DNA from: Candidatus Saccharimonadia bacterium
GTDB taxonomy: Bacteria > Patescibacteriota > Saccharimonadia > UBA4664
Direction: 5' to 3'
DNA length: 64,000 bases
Assembly: GCA_041743505.1 (NCBI GenBank)
Contig: JBGTMQ010000008.1
Span: 5,183 to 69,182, forward strand
The position numbers and the translations under genes were made by a program. Of this stretch, positions 47,773-55,223 are shown in pieces (the stretch's first letter is position 1; each line of letters starts with the position of its first letter). The notes beneath the pieces are model-generated. The model saw only the letters and a program-made list of their open reading frames with translations. It searched no databases and was not told the DNA's origin.

Positions 47773-47859
47773 ATGGCAATATTATGGCCCGTTGTACCAT
47801 AAATACCGGCGCCAAGATCGTACCCCACAGCCCCCGCGTCCAATGAAAGGGGAGGCATC

Positions 47860-48630
47860 ATGCCTCACTTCCTGCGAAGATTTACCCCTCTCTTACTCGT
47901 GCTAGCTTTGCTTACCGGCGCCCTTGGAGCCCTCGCCGGCTGCGCCGGCTCCAGCGAAGACGATGATGATGTGGCCTTCCCAACGGCGTTTATCAGCCCG
48001 GTGGATGGCAAGCAGTACTGCGGCTGGCGCAATACGCCGCACGAATGTGACGAGTCCGGCCTGCCTGCAGCGCCGTTTGCGTTGCCCGATGACCGGCCGG
48101 CTGATCATGATCCGAACCACTCGCTGCTTTTGGCATTGTTTGTCTACCACGCCGGCTTCCATTCGTATTATCACCGTCCGTGGTACCACGACAACTACAT
48201 CGAGCCGGCCTGGCGGCGCCACCCACATCAGCCGAATTACCGGCGGATTGACCGGGGTAGCTACGAAAGAGTCTCCAGGGACTTCGATACCCGTCACCGA
48301 TCGCTGGCGCAAGTTGAAGAGAAGAAGGTTACCTACCAGACCGCCAAGGGTAAAACCTATAAAGGCAACCAGGTTCCCCAGAAGTTGTTCGCCGGAACCA
48401 ATGCCAAACCCAAGGCGGGCGGTAATGCGCCGGGAGTCACAAACCCGCAGCCCAGCCAGGTGAATTCACCGAGACCCGGTACCACGGGAACTCCTCCGGG
48501 CAACCAGGGCACCTCTCCATCGGCGGTCAACCGGCCACCCCCAGTGGTTAACCAACCGCCCCCGGTGAAGCCCAAGCCCAAGGAGAAAGTCGACCCGCCC
48601 AAGCCTAAGCCTAAAGTAAAGACTAAGTAG
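47860..48630 (+). CDS. Putative lipoprotein with Pro/Lys-rich C-terminal tail
   Basis: Signal peptide with lipobox 'LAGC'; His/Tyr-rich core; PK repeats. Confidence 0.7.
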   Translation: MPHFLRRFTPLLLVLALLTGALGALAGCAGSSEDDDDVAFPTAFISPVDGKQYCGWRNTPHECDESGLPAAPFALPDDRPADHDPNHSLLLALFVYHAGFHSYYHRPWYHDNYIEPAWRRHPHQPNYRRIDRGSYERVSRDFDTRHRSLAQVEEKKVTYQTAKGKTYKGNQVPQKLFAGTNAKPKAGGNAPGVTNPQPSQVNSPRPGTTGTPPGNQGTSPSAVNRPPPVVNQPPPVKPKPKEKVDPPKPKPKVKTK

Positions 48631-48638
48631 GCAGGCTG

Positions 48639-49169
48639 ATGGCCGTCAAGATGAGTACCTGTGGGTTGATTGTCATTCGCGGTAACCCCTACGAATACCA
48701 ACCTGGACTGTACGAGGAGACAACCACCGACGGAGACCCTGCGATTGCTGTTGAGTTTAGTCAGCAGCGCGTGGCGCGGGAAGGCCTGGAGGTGGGCCAC
48801 CCGGAAGCCACCTTCTGGGCCGCCGCAGTGCACCCCGATATTGTCGACCGGCGACCGAATCTGGACGCCGATATGGCAGTTGACCCGGACCGTGAGATGG
48901 AGCTTCATCCAATAATGTCCATATTCACGGTCTGTGGCTGGTATCTGGACAACGGCCAGACCTACAGTGATTGGTGGTCGGCTCACGGTCCAAAGATGGC
49001 TTATCTGCACGCTTGGGACTTGGCCCAGCAGGATGGGCGGACCCTGCTCCTGGCCAACGTCCACGACGGACAGCTACCCCGGTATTTGCCATTTACGTTC
49101 GCGGATCCCAGCTGCACATCGGAAGCAATGATGCGGGATCTGATGAGCGAGTATGTCGTCCTCAGCTGA
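48639..49169 (+). CDS. Hypothetical protein
   Basis: 176-aa ORF 8 nt after the lipoprotein gene, followed by a terminator hairpin. Confidence 0.6.
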   Translation: MAVKMSTCGLIVIRGNPYEYQPGLYEETTTDGDPAIAVEFSQQRVAREGLEVGHPEATFWAAAVHPDIVDRRPNLDADMAVDPDREMELHPIMSIFTVCGWYLDNGQTYSDWWSAHGPKMAYLHAWDLAQQDGRTLLLANVHDGQLPRYLPFTFADPSCTSEAMMRDLMSEYVVLS

Positions 49170-49218
49170 TCGCTATGCCCGGTTTCATCACTAGATGAAA
49201 CCGGGCACTTTCTTTTTG

Positions 49219-50016
49219 TTATAGATCCAACGTTACACTCACCGGGCAATGATCCGAGCCCATCACCGCGGGGTAAATGTCGGCGGCCGTGACTTTGTCG
49301 CGCAAAGTGCCGGATACTAGTACATAATCAATCCGCCAGCCGACGTTCCGGGCCCTGGCGCCGCCAAAATTACTCCACCAGGTATAGTAGCCGTTACCTT
49401 CTTTAAACATGCGCAGGGTGTCCACAAACCCGGCATCAATAAAGGCTTGAAAGCCGGCCCGCTCCTCATCAGTGAAGCCTTTCTTGCCGCGGTTAGGCTG
49501 CGGGCGCGCCAAATCTAGCTCGGTGTGAGCCACGTTGAGGTCGCCGCAGAAAACTACCGGCTTGGTTTCCTCGAGGCGCCGGCAGTACGCCAAAAAAGCC
49601 GGGTCCCAGTGGTCACGACGCAGTGGTATGCGGCTGAGGTCATCTTTGGCATTGGGCGTATAAACGGTAACCACATGAAATTTCTCATACTCAGCTGCCA
49701 GAATACGCCCCTCGGTGTTAGGGTCGCCGTAACCGTCCTTAGTCATGTCGTATGATTTCCGCAAGTCGGCCGGCAAATTATTGCTGATGGCTAGCGGCTT
49801 CTCTTTACTAAAAATCGCGGTACCGGAATAGCCCCGCTTGTCCGCTGAGTTCCAATACTGCTCATAACTTGGTGCCTCGACTGAAACCTCGCTCGGTTGG
49901 GCTTTGGTTTCCTGCATGCACAAAATATCCGGCTGTTCGGCCGTAAGAAATGGCGTCAGCATGTCCTTACGCAATACCGCCCGGATGCCGTTAACGTTCC
50001 AAGAATAAAGTTTCAT
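49219..50016 (-). CDS. xth: Exodeoxyribonuclease III
   Basis: 'SWNVNGIRA', 'QETK', 'GDLNVAH', 'GWRIDY', 'SDHCPV'. Confidence 0.96.
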   Translation of the reverse strand: MKLYSWNVNGIRAVLRKDMLTPFLTAEQPDILCMQETKAQPSEVSVEAPSYEQYWNSADKRGYSGTAIFSKEKPLAISNNLPADLRKSYDMTKDGYGDPNTEGRILAAEYEKFHVVTVYTPNAKDDLSRIPLRRDHWDPAFLAYCRRLEETKPVVFCGDLNVAHTELDLARPQPNRGKKGFTDEERAGFQAFIDAGFVDTLRMFKEGNGYYTWWSNFGGARARNVGWRIDYVLVSGTLRDKVTAADIYPAVMGSDHCPVSVTLDL

Positions 50017-50086
50017 ATCGCTAGTATAACTGAAATCGCTTTCAACCGGCAGGTTCACGGCATTTACATACTTGGCGCTGACGTGG

Positions 50087-50115
50087 TTGACAAAAGACAC
50101 ATACCCTGGTATCTT
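50087..50115 (+). promoter_or_regulatory. Sigma70 promoter of the candidate ncRNA
   Basis: TTGACA-17-(TGG)TATCTT. Confidence 0.65.
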
Positions 50116-50121
50116 GCTTAT

Positions 50122-50530
50122 TATAACTCCGGCAATTCACGACAACGCCGATATGCGTTATCCCCGGGGGACTGGTAAAGTAGCTGACACTTGCCAGGGT
50201 GCTGATCACATCGCACCGGAAGTCAGCACACAGCAGGCACTCCATGAGGGGGTGGAGAGCTTCTCCGGCTGGCGCTTCGGCGCAATAGGGAGAATCTCTC
50301 GGGTCGGGCCGCCAACGCAGCTCGCAAATTCGCTGAAGAGCGCTCAAATTGGGGGATTTGAACGCAAAGTTCAGCACGAGCGGTCACCTGCAATGTATCC
50401 CGAGTACATTGGTGACCGCCGCAAACATCTACCGGCCATCCAACAGGATGGTGCGCAAACCCTAGACCCCCAACTGGGGTTAACCTGTAGTCCGCCCGGC
50501 GCACCCTGCGCCGGGCGGACCAAACTTTTT
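50122..50530 (+). ncRNA. Candidate large structured non-coding RNA, family not recognised
   Basis: Own promoter and terminator; a series of hairpins including a UUCG loop; four CGCAAA motifs; no convincing ORF. Confidence 0.6.
50490..50530 (+). terminator. Strong GC-rich hairpin, terminator-like
   Basis: GTCCGCCCGGCGC-accct-GCGCCGGGCGGAC then CAAACTTTTT. Confidence 0.7.
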
Positions 50531-50582
50531 ATGGCCATTTGGCCCTTTTTTGATTGAAGCTCCTGTGCTAACCTAGGAACCT

Positions 50583-51863
50583 ATGGAAACCAAGATCACC
50601 TCGCAGACCGAAACTGAAGCCCAATTTACCGTCACACTCAACGAAACTGAGCTAAAAACAGCCGTTAAACATGTCTTTGACGAACTGCGCCCAAGAGTCA
50701 AAGCCGCCGGTTTTAGACCGGGTAAGGCCCCGGATCACATCGTAGAGCGGGAGCTGGGCTCTTCCTACGTTCAAAGCGAGGTAATGGAACACGCTGTACA
50801 AGAGAGCTACGCCAAGGCCGTACGCGAGCAGAAGCTGGCCGTCGTTGCCCCGCCTCAAGTCAGCCTGGAAAAATTCGTTCCTTACACTCAGCTCGAATAC
50901 AAGGCCACCGTCGAGCTAATGCCCAAAGTCAAACTAGCCAGCTACCATGACTTCCGCCTGCCCCGGCCGTCCGTGACCATTGACAAGGCCGAGGTCGAGA
51001 AGACGCTTGAAGACCTTCGCCGACGCGAGGCAACCCGTCTCGAGTCTGACAATCCGGCCAAGACCGGGGATGAAGTCAACTTTGATTTTGACGGCACCAA
51101 GGACTCTCAGCCGGTCCGCGGCGCCAGTGCCAAAGGTCAAACCTTGCTCCTGGGTTCGAGCCAGTTTATTCCTGGCTTCGAAGAGGAGCTGCTTGGCCTT
51201 AAAGCCGGCTCCGACAAAAGCTTTGATATTACATTCCCCAAGGACTATCACGAAGGCTCATTGGCCGGCCAGGTCGTTACCTTCAAAGTCAAGGTCAACA
51301 CCGTGACCGAACTAGTGTTGGCGGATGTGAATGACGAATTCGCGGCGAAGGTCAGCCCCTACAAAACCATTGAAGAGCTCAAGGGCAACATTCTAGAACA
51401 AGTTACGTCCCAGAAAGCCGAGGAAGTATCGCGTCAATATGAGCAGCAAGTCTTGGACAAGCTACTGAAAGAGAGCCAATTCTCCGCTCCGGATGCCCTA
51501 GTGCAGCAGCAACTCCAGCGAATGAGGTCGGAGTTGGCTCAAAATTTGTCCTACAGCGGACTCGACCTCGATAAATACGCTCAGTTATCGGGCAAGACAC
51601 TCGAGCAGCTGGACGAGGAAATGCGTCCAGAAGCCACCCGCCGGGTCGGGCTGGCCATAGTCTTAACCGAGGTAGCAGCCGCCGAGAAACTAGCGGTTAA
51701 TTCTGTGGACCTCGATGATGAAATCGCCCGCATGAAGTCGCAGTACCGCGATGAAGCAACTCGCGCCGAGCTTGACAACCCAAACACCCGCGAAGAGATA
51801 TACAATCACCTGATGGCCTCGCGCGTTATCGCCAAACTCCTCAGCTACGCAGAGCAAAAATAA
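50583..51863 (+). CDS. tig: Trigger factor
   Basis: 'GFRPGKAP', FKBP domain 'FIPGFEE', 'TFPKDYH'. Confidence 0.96.
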   Translation: METKITSQTETEAQFTVTLNETELKTAVKHVFDELRPRVKAAGFRPGKAPDHIVERELGSSYVQSEVMEHAVQESYAKAVREQKLAVVAPPQVSLEKFVPYTQLEYKATVELMPKVKLASYHDFRLPRPSVTIDKAEVEKTLEDLRRREATRLESDNPAKTGDEVNFDFDGTKDSQPVRGASAKGQTLLLGSSQFIPGFEEELLGLKAGSDKSFDITFPKDYHEGSLAGQVVTFKVKVNTVTELVLADVNDEFAAKVSPYKTIEELKGNILEQVTSQKAEEVSRQYEQQVLDKLLKESQFSAPDALVQQQLQRMRSELAQNLSYSGLDLDKYAQLSGKTLEQLDEEMRPEATRRVGLAIVLTEVAAAEKLAVNSVDLDDEIARMKSQYRDEATRAELDNPNTREEIYNHLMASRVIAKLLSYAEQK

Positions 51864-51873
51864 AGGAGCAGCC

Positions 51874-52479
51874 GTGCCAATCCGCGGAATTGGTTTTGAC
51901 TACCTGGGTGTCACGGCCCATATGCCACCGGGAGATTTCTGGGGTGACATAGCCCGGATCTTCGGCCTCACAGTCGATGAAGTCCGTGCAGCCTACCGTG
52001 TCCATCGCCTCAAATTGCAATTAGGCCAAGTAACTGCACCGGAACTTTGGCAGCTCGTTGCGGCTGACCTAGATCAACCGGGCAAAGCCGGGCTCATCCG
52101 CCAGCGCGACGGCGGCACTCCTACGGTTGATCCCCAGATCACCGCCCTGGCCGGCCAGCTAAGGACTACCGGCTATCGGGTCGGCATTCTGAGCAACCTG
52201 TCGGGGTCCTGGGTCGACTATTTGTACGCCCAGGGCACCCACCAGCATTTCGACGCAGTAGTTGTATCTGCCGATGCCGGCTACGCCAAGCCAGATCCGC
52301 GGGCCTACCAGCTCTTAGCCAGCAAACTGGGCGTTGCCACCGACGAACTTGTCTTCATCGATGATCGCCAGGAAGCAGTCGAGGGCATAGATCAACTGGG
52401 TATTACACCCATTCTGTATCGGGGATACGACCGCCTTGTTGCGGAGCTCGCGCGCCATGGTATCGAGGTAAGCTCGTAA
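51874..52479 (+). CDS. HAD-superfamily phosphatase
   Basis: 'FDYLGV', 'LSN', 'KPDP', 'FIDD'. Confidence 0.88.
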   Translation: MPIRGIGFDYLGVTAHMPPGDFWGDIARIFGLTVDEVRAAYRVHRLKLQLGQVTAPELWQLVAADLDQPGKAGLIRQRDGGTPTVDPQITALAGQLRTTGYRVGILSNLSGSWVDYLYAQGTHQHFDAVVVSADAGYAKPDPRAYQLLASKLGVATDELVFIDDRQEAVEGIDQLGITPILYRGYDRLVAELARHGIEVSS

Positions 52480-52604
52480 AAAAAGCCCTGCTAAAAATTG
52501 CTCAGTTTCCTTCGCAGAGTCCAACACAAGGTCATGTCCACCCAATGTGCGCCGGGAAATCAATTGGCAGGTCGCATCACTGGGCTAATTCTTGCACCAG
52601 AAAC

Positions 52605-52631
52605 CTAGCACTCACCACCGTAGAGTGCTAA
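52605..52631 (+). promoter_or_regulatory. CIRCE element upstream of clpP
   Basis: CTAGCACTC-N9-GAGTGCTAA (one mismatch from consensus). Confidence 0.88.
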
Positions 52632-52685
52632 TATAGGGTTAAGACCGTAATGGGCCTTAACCCTACTTTTGACAAGGAGCCACCA

Positions 52686-53279
52686 TTGATCAACCCCCAT
52701 AACTCAATCCTCGTCCCAACCGTCATCGAGAAGACCTCGATGGGCGAGCGGGCCTATGATATTTATTCGCGCTTACTGAAAGAGCGTATTATCTTCCTCG
52801 GCACCGGCATCGACGACACTGTAGCTAACCTCGTGGTGGCACAGCTACTATTTCTTGAATCCGAAGATGCCGACAAAGACATCAAGATCTATATCAACTC
52901 GCCGGGCGGTAGCGTTTATGCCGGCCTAGCCATGCTCGACACCATGAACCTGATCAAGCCAGACGTATCAACCATCTGCGTCGGCATGGCCGCTTCCATG
53001 GGCGCCGTCCTGCTAGCTGCCGGTGCCAAAGGCAAGCGTTTCTCTCTGCCGCACGCCCGCATAATGATCCACCAGGGCTCTGCCGGTTTCGAAGGCACCC
53101 CCTCAGACATCGAGATCACCGCCCGCGAAATCCTTAGGGCCCGCGAAACCCTCGATGGAATCCTGGCTGAGCGCACCGGCCAAAGCCTGGAGCAAGTTCA
53201 CAAAGACACCGACCGTGATAAGTGGATGAGCGCCCAGGAGGCGACCGAATACGGCTTGATCGACAAGGTTATTAGCTAA
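52686..53279 (+). CDS. clpP: ATP-dependent Clp protease proteolytic subunit
   Basis: '[12 protein letters not shown]', 'YINSPGG', 'AASMG', 'MIHQ'; TTG start after AAGGAG. Confidence 0.96.
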   Translation: MINPHNSILVPTVIEKTSMGERAYDIYSRLLKERIIFLGTGIDDTVANLVVAQLLFLESEDADKDIKIYINSPGGSVYAGLAMLDTMNLIKPDVSTICVGMAASMGAVLLAAGAKGKRFSLPHARIMIHQGSAGFEGTPSDIEITAREILRARETLDGILAERTGQSLEQVHKDTDRDKWMSAQEATEYGLIDKVIS

Positions 53280-53328
53280 AGTTCGGAATCTATACCAGAT
53301 ATGGGCCACAAAGTGGTAGAATATATTT

Positions 53329-53973
53329 ATGTTTGACGAAGCTAACATATTTCTAAAACCCAATGACCCCCTTTTACTTAAAATTGCTCCGGAGGTGCCG
53401 GCCGCCCATGTTGGCTCACCAGAGGTTCAACAAGACATTGAGCGAATGCTTAATGTAGCCTACGGCGAGCAAACCGATCGCACCAAACCAGTCTTGGTCG
53501 GTTTAGCAGCCACACAAATTGGAATTCTCCGGCGGGTTATCCTTGTCGATGTATCAGCTGAAGGACATGGCAAGGTAGGTGACCTGCGAGTTTATATCAA
53601 CCCCGAAATTGTGTGGCGTTCGAAAGAGACGGATGAATGGTATGAAGGCTGCTTCTCTACCGGCCGGGTTAATGGGGTTGTTGCGCGTCCGGACAAGGTT
53701 CGCGTTAAGGCTCTGACTACATACGGAGATGAGGTCGTCGAAGACTACAGCGGATATACTGCCCGCATCTTCCAGCACGAAATCGATCACCTGGACGGCA
53801 TTGAATTTGTTTCTCGCATCACCGACGATGACAAGCTTCATTGGGTTGAAGACAATGAGTATCCTGATTACCGCGATAGCGAGCACTGGCGAAATTGGCC
53901 AAAAAAATGCTCGCGTGAGGAGTGGCACAAGATCAAAGGGATTTATCCGGACGCAGGCAAAGTCATTAGCTAA
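53329..53973 (+). CDS. def: Peptide deformylase
   Basis: 'GLAATQIG', 'EGCFS', 'QHEIDHLDG'. Confidence 0.92.
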   Translation: MFDEANIFLKPNDPLLLKIAPEVPAAHVGSPEVQQDIERMLNVAYGEQTDRTKPVLVGLAATQIGILRRVILVDVSAEGHGKVGDLRVYINPEIVWRSKETDEWYEGCFSTGRVNGVVARPDKVRVKALTTYGDEVVEDYSGYTARIFQHEIDHLDGIEFVSRITDDDKLHWVEDNEYPDYRDSEHWRNWPKKCSREEWHKIKGIYPDAGKVIS

Positions 53974-54052
53974 GTGACTTCAGCACGCAGGTGTTGTATG
54001 CTCCGGTCTGTCCACTGTATGTCTCTCGGTTAACTATCAATAAGGAGGATTA

Positions 54053-54865
54053 GTGGCCACCGGCAGAGGCAATGACCATCCGCGGGCGGTCGGGTTGGTA
54101 GTCTGGCCGCACGTCAATGGCGATCTGATAGTGCTCGTAAATCAGGCAGATACCATAACCACTCACGCGATCAGTCACAAGTTCGGGGTAGTCAGTCAGG
54201 AAGATTGGCTAATAAGGCAAATCCTAAACTTACTACCCGATCAACCAGCGTATATCGGAATCGAAGGGCTATACGAGCTGCAGCTACGGGCCAAGTGCGA
54301 CGATATCATCGGTCACTTGTTAGTAACTCAGGAGATCAAACAGGTAGGCGACGAGTTAGCGCATCGGACGATGGCGGCGTTGCCCAATGAAATCCTACGA
54401 TATCCCAGACCGCACTGGTATCCCGTACCTCCAGACATCGATCAATATACAGTCGGCACTGATGCTTCCGTCACACCACGGCGTGGAGCATGGGCCTATA
54501 TCACCGGGAGTGGTTGGTATGCTTCTGGAATCGTCAGGACCAATAGCGTACCTTTGGCAGAATGGATTGCGGCTTGTGAAGCTCTTAGTATCTTCCATGA
54601 CGGCGCCCGGGTGACCTTGCTTGTAGATAATAGCGACGTAATCGAAACCATGCAGGCGATTATTCAGGGGCTACGGTCGCACAAGCCTAGTTGGCTGACT
54701 GAACGGGCCTACAGGCGCGGTGTTAAAAACCTAAGTCGCCTTACGGTCTTGCCTGAGTGGATTCCACGCGCCAGCCATGTGCTAAATGGCCTGGCCGACC
54801 AGCTTTGCGGACATGTTAGCCGGGGGCTAGCTTCGCCGACAGTCTCCTTGGCTAAGGCTCTCTAG
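54053..54865 (+). CDS. RNase HI-like protein with unknown N-terminal domain
   Basis: 'TDAS', 'AEW.A', 'VDNS', 'W.P..SH.LN.LAD' catalytic pattern. Confidence 0.7.
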   Translation: MATGRGNDHPRAVGLVVWPHVNGDLIVLVNQADTITTHAISHKFGVVSQEDWLIRQILNLLPDQPAYIGIEGLYELQLRAKCDDIIGHLLVTQEIKQVGDELAHRTMAALPNEILRYPRPHWYPVPPDIDQYTVGTDASVTPRRGAWAYITGSGWYASGIVRTNSVPLAEWIAACEALSIFHDGARVTLLVDNSDVIETMQAIIQGLRSHKPSWLTERAYRRGVKNLSRLTVLPEWIPRASHVLNGLADQLCGHVSRGLASPTVSLAKAL

Positions 54866-55223
54866 CCTCAATCAGCTTACTAGTCTCGAAAGGACCTCAC
54901 GAGCCACCTGCGTCCAATCCAGGTGGCTCTCTATTTTGTTTAGATAGCATCCGGGAGAAGTAAAACATAAGGTCTCGGCAAAGACTATAGCTCCCGCGCC
55001 GACAGTGCCTTCTACCGGCTCCTTCTACTTCAGTCTTGACACTTCTAACATACTGCATCAAGATAGATATTAAGAGGATGCTTAAATCAACAACTAGGGC
55101 CTACGCGCCCCTAGTTTTATGTGTTTAGAAAAACCTCGGCCAACACATCCCATTTGCTGGACGCAGCAATCATCTCTTTTTATAGAGCAGTTAAATATTA
55201 GGTAACGTCGAAAGGAGTCTGCC

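Noticed and set aside
50333-50493. Hammerhead ribozyme (CTGAAGA core) or group I intron resemblance
   Set aside because: The stem after CTGAAGA is followed by CAAAG/GCAAA rather than GAAA; TAGTCC has no properly placed GACTA P7 partner, and there is no host gene.
50122-50530. Structured region as RNase P RNA, tmRNA, SRP RNA or T-box
   Set aside because: No GAGGAAAGTCC or CAGAA..GGCTTA P4 strands on either strand, no tRNA-like ends with CCA, no SRP GGAA domain, no T-box TGGNACC antiterminator.
50072-50557. 161-aa ORF over the structured region
   Set aside because: Starts upstream of the promoter, has no SD, runs through the terminator hairpin, and has no recognisable motifs.
52634-52670. 10-bp hairpin before clpP as an RNA thermometer
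   Set aside because: It does not include the SD sequence and its 5' arm overlaps the probable -10/TSS region; more likely a terminator for upstream read-through.
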